Below are positions 1 to 8,886 of a stretch of 64,000 nt of DNA, one piece after another. The notes below the pieces were generated by a model. It was not told the origin of the DNA. It did no database searches and was given only the letters and a program-made list of their open reading frames with translations. Each line of letters opens with the position of its first letter. The stretch's first letter is position 1. The DNA is from an uncultured Desulfobacter sp. (GTDB lineage: Bacteria; Desulfobacterota; Desulfobacteria; Desulfobacterales; Desulfobacteraceae): NCBI GenBank assembly GCA_963665095.1, contig OY762069.1, positions 1,344,001-1,408,000 on the forward strand. Direction: 5' to 3'. A program made the translations under genes and the position numbers.

Positions 1-433
1 CGGCATCCCCATGTATGTGTGTGCAACCGCCTCCACCCCCATTGCCGCCGCCCTGATCATAAAAGGTCTCAATCCGGGCGCAGCCCTGGTATTTCTGCTG
101 GCAGGCCCTGCCACCAATGCCGCCACCATGGGGGTCGTCAAGAAGGTCTTCGGTACCCGGGCACTTGCCATCTATCTTGGCATGATATCCATCTGTTCCC
201 TGGCTTTGGGCACGCTTCTGGACTGGCTCTACACAGTTTTGGACATTCAGCCCTCTGTGGTCATGGGCAAGGCTTCTGAGGTGCTGCCCTATGGGATTGA
301 ACTGGCAGCGGCCCTGATCCTGGCAGCGCTCCTTGCAAGAAGCGTGTTTAAACGCCAGGAGTGCCACTGCCACGACCATTCGGACAGTTGTTGTCACGAT
401 CACCCCCCTAAGGAACCCATGGCACAAATATAG
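1..433 (+). CDS. Permease (ArsP/SO_0444-like metal efflux family), C-terminal part; 5' end lies outside the window
   Basis: GIPMYVCATASTP...ALVFLLAGPATN motif, hydrophobic helices and a His/Cys-rich tail (CHCHDHSDSCCHDH). Confidence 0.8.
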   Translation, partial: GIPMYVCATASTPIAAALIIKGLNPGAALVFLLAGPATNAATMGVVKKVFGTRALAIYLGMISICSLALGTLLDWLYTVLDIQPSVVMGKASEVLPYGIELAAALILAALLARSVFKRQECHCHDHSDSCCHDHPPKEPMAQI

Positions 434-638
434 ATTTGTTTTCTATTATTATATTTTTACAGAGGACTTTTACCATATCCGGCCGGAGCGGAAATCCGGG
501 CAAGGGCCTGGGCGTATCCACAAAACTTTGACCATGTATCAGGCACTGGGATAATAATTTTATAAGAAGCAGATCCTGAATCGATTGACATACCACAACA
601 GCAGAAAAATTTCGGGAAGCCATGTAAACAATAATACC

Positions 639-738
639 GGCATGTAGCTTTCGGCAACAAGTTCCCAAATGGCCTGTCCACGGCCTGCACAGGCATGTGT
701 TTTTAAAAATCACCGGCGGGCATGTAGCATTAAGCTAC
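639..738. promoter_or_regulatory. Two candidate enhancer (UAS) sites, GGCATGTAGC-N5-GC(A/T)AC, 80 bp apart
   Basis: GGCATGTAGCtttcgGCAAC at 639-658 and GGCATGTAGCattaaGCTAC at 719-738, 100-200 bp upstream of a sigma54 promoter with an AT-rich tract between. Confidence 0.5.
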
Positions 739-838
739 GATTCCCCGAAGGGCCCCCATCTTTGCTTTTTATATCTATAAATATATAATATATTGATTTT
801 AAAGCTAAAATCAAAATAACCAACCCTTTTCTTTCCTC

Positions 839-854
839 TGGTATCTGGATTGCA
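839..854 (+). promoter_or_regulatory. Sigma54 (-24/-12) promoter
   Basis: TGGTAT-CTGGA-TTGCA with canonical GG-N10-GC spacing, ~50 nt before ATG 904. Confidence 0.75.
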
Positions 855-903
855 ATATCACGGAAGTAACTTTTTTGGCTCCCGAAAGGGGAAGGAGGGC
901 AAT

Positions 904-1827
904 ATGACATCCAAAAATCATAAAAACAGGATCAAGGGGTTCCAGGTGGTTGAGGACGAATGTATCTGGATGAAAGCGGGGATTGTTAACTTTAAAATGT
1001 GCGACAATGTATATGACTGCCGCACCTGTCCCTTTGATAAAGCCATGCAGAAGGCTGTCAAGGCGGGCCGTTATACCGGGGTTGCAGGGGATGGTTCCGG
1101 ATGGGCCCAAAACCTGAATGCCATGTACACCTGGACGGAGAATCCCTGCCGGCATGTGCTCACCGGCCGTATCAAATCCCCTAAAACCTGTGTCATGAAC
1201 TATGAGTGTTACCATTGTGAATTTGACCAGCAACTGGATGAGGAAGAGATAACCATGACCGGCCTCAAGCCGCCATGCTTAAAGGCATCCGGCTATCAAC
1301 TGGCTGACGGCTACTACTATCACATGGGCCATACCTGGGCCCGGTTTGAACACGGAGGCCGGGTCAGGATCGGGTTTGATGATTTCCTGGTCAAGCTGTT
1401 CGGTACCTTTTCTGAAATTGTATTCCCTCCTTTAGGGGCTGTTCTGAAAAAAGACCAGGCCGGGCTGATGTTTTACCGAGATGACAGGAAAGCTGCGGCC
1501 TTTTCACCCATTACCGGATCGGTACTGGCCGTTAACAACAAAGCCCTGGAGAACCCTGAGATTGTTCACGAAGATCCCTACCATGAAGGCTGGCTGTGCA
1601 TCATTGAACCGGACCGGCCAAAGCGGAATATCAAAGGACTTTTTTACGGAAAAGAGAGCCTTGAGTGGACAGATCGTGAAAGCCAGACACTGCTGCGCCT
1701 GATTGAGCCGGAATACCAGGAACTGGCCGCCACAGGCGGTGAGCCCGTGGACGATATTTACGGCAGGTTTCCCCAGATCGGGTGGGAATCCCTAGCCCAG
1801 ACATTTTTACGGATAGAAAAACGATAG
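904..1827 (+). CDS. GcvH-like (glycine cleavage H fold) protein with two N-terminal 4-Cys repeats; canonical lipoyl-Lys absent
   Basis: SD GGAGGG precedes ATG 904; H-protein motifs HTWAR, RIGFDDF, FSPITGSVLAVN and DPYHEGW; two CX12-13CX5CX2CXFD repeats. Confidence 0.85.
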   Translation: MTSKNHKNRIKGFQVVEDECIWMKAGIVNFKMCDNVYDCRTCPFDKAMQKAVKAGRYTGVAGDGSGWAQNLNAMYTWTENPCRHVLTGRIKSPKTCVMNYECYHCEFDQQLDEEEITMTGLKPPCLKASGYQLADGYYYHMGHTWARFEHGGRVRIGFDDFLVKLFGTFSEIVFPPLGAVLKKDQAGLMFYRDDRKAAAFSPITGSVLAVNNKALENPEIVHEDPYHEGWLCIIEPDRPKRNIKGLFYGKESLEWTDRESQTLLRLIEPEYQELAATGGEPVDDIYGRFPQIGWESLAQTFLRIEKR

Positions 1828-1840
1828 AAGGGCAAATCCG

Positions 1841-2368
1841 TCACGGTATCAGCCGTCGTTCGCAGCCCCGGCACAGGTAAAAAGGAATGTTGTCCAGATC
1901 ATCCACCCCGCCTGTAAAATGCATCACACATCTGCCCTCATTGCAATGGAACAGGTTGAACAGATGCCCTAGTTCATGAAGCGCGACCTTGGCAGCCCGT
2001 TCGTAAAACATGGACGACTCAGGTATTGAGCCGTCCGGGTTCCTGCCCAGCCGGAACAGCGAGACCAGGGCAAACCGCCCCCCCTGGACCGCCTGGCCGT
2101 AAACATAGTTGAAAATGGGGATAAACATATCCGCGGACATCACAGCCACTATTTTTGGATAATCCTCCAGTGGCAGTGTATCCATCCGGTTGATGATGAT
2201 GCCGGCATCATATTGGTGCCGGGTTTCATTAAAGGCGGCACCGGGCACGGGATGTCCGGGCAGGATATCTACTGTCCGCCGGTAATAGGCCGTAATATTG
2301 GCGGCAATCACCTTGACGGCCAGGGCCGGGACATCTCCTAAAGGCACCACACCGATCTGTTGTTTCAT
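1841..2368 (-). CDS. Archaemetzincin-family (M54) zinc metalloprotease
   Basis: RHQYDA, FNYVYG, HELGHLFNLFHC-X4-CVM and C-terminal LCRGC motifs. Confidence 0.85.
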   Translation of the reverse strand: MKQQIGVVPLGDVPALAVKVIAANITAYYRRTVDILPGHPVPGAAFNETRHQYDAGIIINRMDTLPLEDYPKIVAVMSADMFIPIFNYVYGQAVQGGRFALVSLFRLGRNPDGSIPESSMFYERAAKVALHELGHLFNLFHCNEGRCVMHFTGGVDDLDNIPFYLCRGCERRLIP

Positions 2369-3723
2369 GTGCTGCGTTTTTTCAAGTTATCCCGTTTAAT
2401 GATTTTATGAAGCGTGACCCGGTTGATGCCCAGAATTTCCGCAGACCGGGTAATCTGCCACGCCTGTTCATCAAGTATCTTCCGGATATGCGCTGTCTGC
2501 ACCTCTTTCAAAGTCCTTGCCGTGACCGATGAACCGCCTTCCCCTGACGATGCCACAAGATATGAAAAATCCCCGGCCGAAAGGGTACGGGAGCGACTGA
2601 GCACCACAGCGCGTTCAATGGCATTTTCCAGCTCCCTGACATTGCCGGGCCAGTCATGGGATTTGAGCAGGGCAAGGGCATCCGGCCTGATCCGGTCCAC
2701 ATGCTTGGTGGTTTCATGGCTGTACTTTTCCATGAAATGGGCCGCTAAAATGGGGATATCGTCCTTCCGGTCCCGCAGGGGGGCCAGGTGTATCCGGATC
2801 ACATTGATACGGTAGTAAAAATCCTGCCTGAAGACCCCTTCCCGGATGCGGTCCTCAAGGTTCTGCCGGGTGGCGGAAATCAGGCGGAAATTCACATCCA
2901 CGGGCGTGTTGCTGCCCACACTGAAAATCTTTTTATCCTCAAGTGTCCTGAGCAGGTCCACCTGCATCTTTGCGCTGGTATCGCCGATTTCATCCAGAAA
3001 CAGGGTGCCGCCGGATACCACCTCCAGAAATCCTTTTCTGGCATGGGCCGCCCCGGTGAACGCCCCCTTTTTATGCCCGAACAGCTCACTTTCCATCAGG
3101 GTGTCTGGCAGGGCCCCGCAATTGATGGCAATAAACGGCAGCGGGGCCCGCGGGCTCTTGGCGTGGATGGCCTTTGCCACCAGCTCCTTTCCCGTACCGG
3201 TCTCCCCTGTGATCAAAACCGAGGAGTCACTGATCGCCACTTCCGGGATCAGGGAGTAGAGCGCCTTCATGGGTGCGGACTGGCCAATGATGTTGTCAAA
3301 CCGGGAGATCTGCTCCAGGTGCCCTTTGAGATACTGGTAGTCTGACGTGATCTTCTGCTGGTGAAGGATTCGCTCCATGACCAGGGAGAGCTGCTCCGGC
3401 TTAAAGGGTTTGAGCAGGTAATCACTTGCCCCGGTGCGCATGGCTTTGACAGCGTTTTCAATGCAGCCGTAAGCGGTAATGATCACCACCATGGTGTCGG
3501 GATAGTCCTGCTTAACCCTTTCCAGCAGCTCCAGGCCATCCATGCCAGGCATTTTTACATCCACGAACAACAATTGAAACGGCCTTTGTTCAAGCTTTTC
3601 CAATGCCTGAAGGCCAGATGCGGCCGTATCCACGTCATGGCCGTATTTTTCAAACCAGTTGAGCAAAGATTCCCGGACGATCAACTCATCATCCACGATC
3701 ATAAGCCTCATTTTACTGTCCAT
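2365..3723 (-). CDS. Sigma54-dependent response regulator (NtrC/AtoC family: REC-AAA+-Fis HTH)
   Basis: IVDDE, DVKMPG, GETGTGKE, GAFTGA, WPGNVRELEN and HTH LGINRVTL. Confidence 0.95.
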   Translation of the reverse strand: MDSKMRLMIVDDELIVRESLLNWFEKYGHDVDTAASGLQALEKLEQRPFQLLFVDVKMPGMDGLELLERVKQDYPDTMVVIITAYGCIENAVKAMRTGASDYLLKPFKPEQLSLVMERILHQQKITSDYQYLKGHLEQISRFDNIIGQSAPMKALYSLIPEVAISDSSVLITGETGTGKELVAKAIHAKSPRAPLPFIAINCGALPDTLMESELFGHKKGAFTGAAHARKGFLEVVSGGTLFLDEIGDTSAKMQVDLLRTLEDKKIFSVGSNTPVDVNFRLISATRQNLEDRIREGVFRQDFYYRINVIRIHLAPLRDRKDDIPILAAHFMEKYSHETTKHVDRIRPDALALLKSHDWPGNVRELENAIERAVVLSRSRTLSAGDFSYLVASSGEGGSSVTARTLKEVQTAHIRKILDEQAWQITRSAEILGINRVTLHKIIKRDNLKKRST

Positions 3724-5299
3724 CCTGCGCCTCCGTTGGGGATTGATCCTGGGCCGGGGAAGAGATCACAGGAAAGTTCACGGTAAATACCGCGCCTTCA
3801 TTCTCCCGGCTGTCAATCCTTATTTCGCCCTTATGGTTCTTGACCACCCCATATACAATGGACAGTCCAAGCCCCGTGCCTTTTCCAGGCTCCTTGGTGG
3901 TAAAGAAGGGATCAAACAGCTTATCCCGCACCTGTTCGGCAATACCGTACCCTGTGTCCCGGATTTCAACACAGGTATGGCCCGATGCTTTATCCACCCG
4001 GGATGTCACCACAAGTTCCCCGCCCTGGGGCATGGCTTCAATGGCATTGAAAACCAGGTTTAAAAAACATTGCTGAAGCTGATTGATATCACCTTCAAGG
4101 AGCACAGGTCCCGGATAGAGTTCAGTGGTAAGCCCGATATTTCCAAGCTCCAGCTTGTGACGGGTCAGGGAGAGAACGGAATGTAAAACCTCATTTAAAT
4201 CCACCTGTTTGTAGGCCACACCTGATTCCCGGGCAAAGGAGAGAAGCCCTGAAACAATATTGCCGCAGCGCTCCAGTTCCGTTGACATAAGCGACAGATG
4301 GCTCTCAAATTTCTTAAGCTGGTCATCCCCGGGCCGTCCGGCACTTAAAATCTCCAGCATATAATCGCAGAATGTCAGAAGCCCCTGGATGGGGTTGTTG
4401 ATTTCATGGGCACAGCTTGCAGCCAGCTTGCCCAAAGAGATCATCCGGTCCTCCTGCACCATCTTCTGGATATTGGATTTCAGTTTTTTCTCCCGTTTGT
4501 GCCACCGGTCTGAGATCGCGGCGGTAATATCCCGCCACAACTCAATCACCCTGACCACATCGCCATTTTCATTCCTCACCGGATAGGTGGACAGGTTGCA
4601 GAATACCCGCTGGCCGTCAGAGCCGGGATGGTCATGGATCACATGGACGTTTTTTCCGGTACGCAGGGTCTCCAGCATGGGGCATTTCACCTCGGGAAAC
4701 GCGCTGGAACACGGCATGTTGATCCCGTGGGAAATTTCATAGCAATGGGCCCCGACCACCTTTTCCTTGGGCTTTTTCACGGTGTTGAGATAGGCGTCAT
4801 TGGCATCGGTGATAATAAAATCCGTATTAATAATCACAATGGCGGCCGTACTCTGCTGGATCAGAAGATTGGAGAATGCCTTTTCCGCAATAAGCCGCTG
4901 CTCAGTGGATTCCAGACGCCGGCTGGTATCCAGAAGGTTGCGAAGAATCCGGCTGATATTGTACTCAAGGACCCCTACCCCCTTGGGTTTCAACCGGATA
5001 ATTTCAAGCAGGACCTTGCGCCGGCCTGTCAGCTCCAGGACACTGTCAAGGTGCTCAATTTTTAGCAGGTCATGAAGACTGTCCGTGGTGCATATCCCCA
5101 TCTCCCGGGCCAGAAGGACACCTTCAGCCTGCGCGTTTTTATCGCATACACCTAGAATCTTGATATTGAAAAAAGGAAAGGGATCGTTGCGGACCATCTC
5201 AAGAAACACCCGGCAGGTCCTGCCGCCGCCCACAATGGCGATGTTCACCGGAATTGTCTTATTCACATAGTCTTTCAGGGCATTGTTGTTCGTCTCCAT
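3713..5299 (-). CDS. Cytoplasmic PAS sensor histidine kinase with an N-terminal Rossmann-like domain
   Basis: GGAGG before ATG 5299; IAIVGGG...LGVCD N-terminus, PAS domain, H-box AHEINNP, NLVFNAIEA, DTGYG, FFTTK, GTGLGL; no TM segment seen. Confidence 0.9.
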   Translation of the reverse strand: METNNNALKDYVNKTIPVNIAIVGGGRTCRVFLEMVRNDPFPFFNIKILGVCDKNAQAEGVLLAREMGICTTDSLHDLLKIEHLDSVLELTGRRKVLLEIIRLKPKGVGVLEYNISRILRNLLDTSRRLESTEQRLIAEKAFSNLLIQQSTAAIVIINTDFIITDANDAYLNTVKKPKEKVVGAHCYEISHGINMPCSSAFPEVKCPMLETLRTGKNVHVIHDHPGSDGQRVFCNLSTYPVRNENGDVVRVIELWRDITAAISDRWHKREKKLKSNIQKMVQEDRMISLGKLAASCAHEINNPIQGLLTFCDYMLEILSAGRPGDDQLKKFESHLSLMSTELERCGNIVSGLLSFARESGVAYKQVDLNEVLHSVLSLTRHKLELGNIGLTTELYPGPVLLEGDINQLQQCFLNLVFNAIEAMPQGGELVVTSRVDKASGHTCVEIRDTGYGIAEQVRDKLFDPFFTTKEPGKGTGLGLSIVYGVVKNHKGEIRIDSRENEGAVFTVNFPVISSPAQDQSPTEAQDGQ

Positions 5300-5676
5300 C
5301 CGGCAATCCTCCAGCTTGAATGACATTGCCTGGTTATTGCATACACCCGGCCTGTATTTCACTTAACTTTTGTACCACAGAGCAGAAAGTGTATCAGAAA
5401 ACAGGTTTTGAATTCTGCCTTGGCAGTTAAACTTGAGGAAGAGCATGTGATGGCCGTTATCAGCTAAAAACAGCCTATCACTAAAGGACTTAAGAGTAAA
5501 GAACGGTTTCCTGTCAGAAACAGTCTGATTCACAGAATACCGGGCGCTGATTTGAGGTCAGGCGGCCTAGGACAGGTCGCCATAGAAAAATTATATATCT
5601 ATCTGTTGATACATCACGAATAACAATTGGATTTTCGCTTTCCCCCATGACATGTAGGCCCATAATTCCAGTAAAA

Positions 5677-5737
5677 ACGGGGGTGAGCATTTCCCTGTGC
5701 GTCCTCAGACTGAAGGCAGCCTTGGGCGGTTTTTTTT
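5677..5737 (+). terminator. Two stem-loops followed by T8 upstream of the ABC binding-protein gene (possible attenuator or sRNA 3' end)
   Basis: ACGGGGG/TCCCTGT stem, then an imperfect CGTCC..CTG-aagg-CAG..GGGCG stem and TTTTTTTT at 5730-5737. Confidence 0.35.
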
Positions 5738-5780
5738 GTTACGATTATTGACTTCTAATTTTTCTTAAAAAGGAGTGAAC

Positions 5781-6677
5781 ATGAAAAGAATGATGTGGTC
5801 CGGCATTTCAGCAGTTTGGATTTTGGTTATGGGGCTTATCAGCATCCCCGGCTATGCAGTTGCCGGAGATGAAAATCTGCTGGATACCATTGAGAAATCC
5901 GGCGAAGTTCACATGGGCTTTCGGGAAGGGTCCGTACCCTTTGGATTTATTGACAAGGATGGCTCCTGGGTAGGGTTTGGCATTGACCTTGGTGCTGAAG
6001 TGGCCAAAGACCTTGAAAAAAAATTTAACAAGCCCATTAAACTGGTCAAGCATCCCATGAATCCCAAAACCCGAATCACCATGGTGGCCAACGGCATGGT
6101 GGCCATGGGCATCGGTTCCACCACCATAACCCTTGCCAGAGAGCAGGTGGTGGACTTCAGCCTGCCCTATTTTCTAACAGGAACAAGGCTTCTGGTGCCC
6201 AAGGACAGCGCCATTGAAGGATTTTCCGATATCGGAGGAAAACGGGTGGGCATGGGTTCCGGATCCACCGCAAATATAAAAGGGATGGACCGGGCCATTG
6301 CCCGGGGCGTGGTTGCACCTGCCTGCCAGAAGGTCTTGTTTGAGGAGCACAATAAGGGATTTCTGGCCCTTCAGCAGGGCAAAATTGACGCCTATTTCAC
6401 CGATGCCAGCCAGCTGGCCGGGATGCGAGCCAAAGCAGCCAATCCTGACGACTGGAAAATCGTTGGCAAATACCTGACCTATGAACCCTATGGCATGATT
6501 CTGCCGGAAAACCAGGGGGAATGGCGGGATTTTGTTAATGAATCCCTGATCCATATGATCAAAGACGGAAGGTTTGAGGCCCTTTACACCAAATGGTTTG
6601 GTCCCGATGGGGTGGTTCCTCTGCCCATGACCGATGAGTACAAGGTACTGCTTAAATCCTTAAGCTATCCGGAATAG
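5781..6677 (+). CDS. Polar amino acid ABC transporter substrate-binding protein (GltI-like, family 3)
   Basis: Signal peptide; GFREGSVPFGF, STTITLARE, VDFSLPYF and EPYG motifs; SD AAGGAG. Confidence 0.9.
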   Translation: MKRMMWSGISAVWILVMGLISIPGYAVAGDENLLDTIEKSGEVHMGFREGSVPFGFIDKDGSWVGFGIDLGAEVAKDLEKKFNKPIKLVKHPMNPKTRITMVANGMVAMGIGSTTITLAREQVVDFSLPYFLTGTRLLVPKDSAIEGFSDIGGKRVGMGSGSTANIKGMDRAIARGVVAPACQKVLFEEHNKGFLALQQGKIDAYFTDASQLAGMRAKAANPDDWKIVGKYLTYEPYGMILPENQGEWRDFVNESLIHMIKDGRFEALYTKWFGPDGVVPLPMTDEYKVLLKSLSYPE

Positions 6678-6688
6678 CCGGAACCAAA

Positions 6689-6724
6689 ACCGGGGACGCT
6701 GGACCGTAAGGGATCGTCCCCGGT
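6689..6724 (+). other. Intercistronic stem-loop between the binding-protein and permease genes
   Basis: 10-bp inverted repeat ACCGGGGACG...CGTCCCCGGT. Confidence 0.6.
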
Positions 6725-7460
6725 GAACAGGAGCGTTTTGCTGAACTATACCTTTGACTGGTCCGTCCTCTGGCGCCAGCCTTACGGGGCCATGATGCTC
6801 AAAGGGATCTGGACGACCCTGACCATCTCTCTTTCGGCCTGGTGTATGGCCGTGATTCTGGGCATTGCCGTGGCAGCCTGCCGCGTGTATCCCAACAGGG
6901 CTTGCCGGACCCTGGGCTTTTGCTATGTCCTGATTTTCAGAAATATTCCGTTCCTGGTCCAACTGTTTTTCTGGTATTTTTCAGCGCCGTTACTTTTACC
7001 CAAGCCTGCCCAGGCCTGGCTCTATGACACGATTCCTGATTATGCCTTCTGGTGTGGTTGTGTGGGGCTTGGCATGTATACCGCCTCAAGAGTGGCCGAG
7101 CAGTTCCGGGCCGGTTTGCTTGCCATTCCCCAAGACCAGTACCGGGCTGCCTATGCCACAGGCCTGAGGCCGGTACAGGTATATAGCTATGTGATCCTGC
7201 CCTATGCGTTCAGAATTATTATCCCGGCATTTACCACAGAATTTCTCACCTGCTTTAAAAATTCAGCCCTGGCCATGACCATCGGGGTCATGGAAATTAC
7301 CCACACCGCTTATGTGATTGACTCTTTTACCTGGCACGGCCTGGAAACCACCACCGCCGCAAGCCTTTGCTACCTTGCCATTGCCCAGATGGTGGCCCTT
7401 TTCATGTGGCGGGTCGAAAAACGATGGGCCGTTGCGGGCCTGATCCGGCGGGGGGCATAA
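6723..7460 (+). CDS. Amino acid ABC transporter permease (His/Glu/Gln/Arg family); start may be TTG 6738
   Basis: FRNIPFLVQLFFWYF, EAA-like loop AEQFRAG, and KNSALA. Confidence 0.9.
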   Translation: MNRSVLLNYTFDWSVLWRQPYGAMMLKGIWTTLTISLSAWCMAVILGIAVAACRVYPNRACRTLGFCYVLIFRNIPFLVQLFFWYFSAPLLLPKPAQAWLYDTIPDYAFWCGCVGLGMYTASRVAEQFRAGLLAIPQDQYRAAYATGLRPVQVYSYVILPYAFRIIIPAFTTEFLTCFKNSALAMTIGVMEITHTAYVIDSFTWHGLETTTAASLCYLAIAQMVALFMWRVEKRWAVAGLIRRGA

Positions 7461-7471
7461 GGCGGATTTCT

Positions 7472-8131
7472 ATGGATTTTGCCGTTATTTCAGATAACCT
7501 GGGGTATATGGCCGGCGGGCTGTGGCTGACCTTTCAAATTGCGGCCATGGCCGTATCCGGCGGCCTGGCCTGGGGAATTATCCTGGGGCTTGGCCGGCTT
7601 TCTCCCATCCGGCTGATCTATTATCCAGCCAGCTTTTATATTCATTTTTTCAGAGGAATTCCTCTGATCCTGGTCATTTTCTGGATCTATTTTTTGATGC
7701 CGGTGCTTTTGGACCGGTCCATGGGTCAGCTGCCTGCGGTGGTACTCTCCTTTATTCTTTACGAGGCCGCCTATTTTGCGGAAATTGTCCGGTCCGGCAT
7801 CCAGGCCGTGCCTTTAGGCCAGAAAAGGGCCGGTCTTGCCACAGGACTTCGGCCCTGGCAGCTGGCAGGCCATGTGATTCTGCCCCAGGCCTTAAAAAAG
7901 ATGGTACCGGCTTTGGTAACCCATTGCGTGGTGGTTTTCCAGGACACCTCCCTTGCCTATGTGATCGGCCTTCGGGAATTCTTGCGCCGGGTGAATCTGG
8001 TGGATGCCCGGGAAGCCCGTTCTGTGGAGCTTTATCTATTTGCAGCCGGTGTTTATTTTATTTTATGCACCCTGGGAACCTTCCTTGGCAAATACCTGGA
8101 AGACAGGCCCCAAAAAAAGGATATTTCGTGA
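7472..8131 (+). CDS. Amino acid ABC transporter permease
   Basis: FRGIPLILVIFW, EAAYFAEIVRSGI and QDTSLA. Confidence 0.9.
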   Translation: MDFAVISDNLGYMAGGLWLTFQIAAMAVSGGLAWGIILGLGRLSPIRLIYYPASFYIHFFRGIPLILVIFWIYFLMPVLLDRSMGQLPAVVLSFILYEAAYFAEIVRSGIQAVPLGQKRAGLATGLRPWQLAGHVILPQALKKMVPALVTHCVVVFQDTSLAYVIGLREFLRRVNLVDAREARSVELYLFAAGVYFILCTLGTFLGKYLEDRPQKKDIS

Positions 8132-8868
8132 TTGAAATCAGACACCTGGAACTTTCCTATGGCAGCCATCAGGCCCTGGCCGATGTGTCAATCAATATTG
8201 AAAAAGGACAGACACTGGTGGTATGCGGCCCTTCAGGGTCGGGTAAATCCACCCTGCTTCGGTGTATCAACGGCCTGGAACGATTCCAAGGCGGCGAAAT
8301 TTATGTGGACAAGGTCTCTGTCCAGGCCAGGGATACGGATATCTATGCCTTACGGTCCCGGATCGGCATGGTATTTCAGCATTTTGAGCTTTATCCCCAT
8401 AAAACCGTACTGGACAACCTGACCCTGGCTCCGGTAAAAGTAAACAAAGTACCCCGGGCCAAAGCCCGGGAAAAGGGCCTGGCCCTGCTGGATCAGGTGG
8501 GGATCGCAGATCAGGCCCACAAGTATCCGGCCACACTTTCCGGCGGACAGCAGCAGCGGGCCGCCATTGCCCGGGCACTGGCCATGGAGCCTGCCGTCAT
8601 GCTCTTTGATGAACCCACATCTGCACTTGACCCGGAAATGATCAAAGAGGTACTTGAGGTTATGGCAGGACTTTCCCGCTCGGGCATGACCATGGTGGTG
8701 GTCACCCATGAAATGGGATTTGCCCGCAGGGCCGCAGATGAGATCGTGTTTATGGACAAAGGCCGAATCGTGGAAAAAAATACTGCCCGGGAATTCTTTC
8801 TGCGGCCGGCTCATGAACGGACCCGGCAATTTTTGGGCAGGGTAATGGACGAGCCTTTTAATGAATAA
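8128..8868 (+). CDS. Amino acid ABC transporter ATP-binding protein (GlnQ/GltL-like)
   Basis: GTG 8128 overlaps the upstream stop; GPSGSGKS, LSGGQQQR, FDEPTSALD and VTHE. Confidence 0.93.
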   Translation: MIEIRHLELSYGSHQALADVSINIEKGQTLVVCGPSGSGKSTLLRCINGLERFQGGEIYVDKVSVQARDTDIYALRSRIGMVFQHFELYPHKTVLDNLTLAPVKVNKVPRAKAREKGLALLDQVGIADQAHKYPATLSGGQQQRAAIARALAMEPAVMLFDEPTSALDPEMIKEVLEVMAGLSRSGMTMVVVTHEMGFARRAADEIVFMDKGRIVEKNTAREFFLRPAHERTRQFLGRVMDEPFNE

Positions 8869-8886
8869 AATTAAGGGTAAAAAAAG

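Noticed and set aside
408..713. Short minus-strand ORFs (408-713 and 457-696)
   Set aside because: No recognisable motif or SD; they overlap the candidate enhancer region
904..1827. Annotation as a functional glycine cleavage H protein (gcvH)
   Set aside because: Lipoyl-Lys motif absent, protein far longer than GcvH, and no gcvP/gcvT nearby
7522..8127. Apparent 200-aa N-terminal extension of the ABC ATPase
   Set aside because: Alternative frame over the permease gene; the real start is GTG 8128
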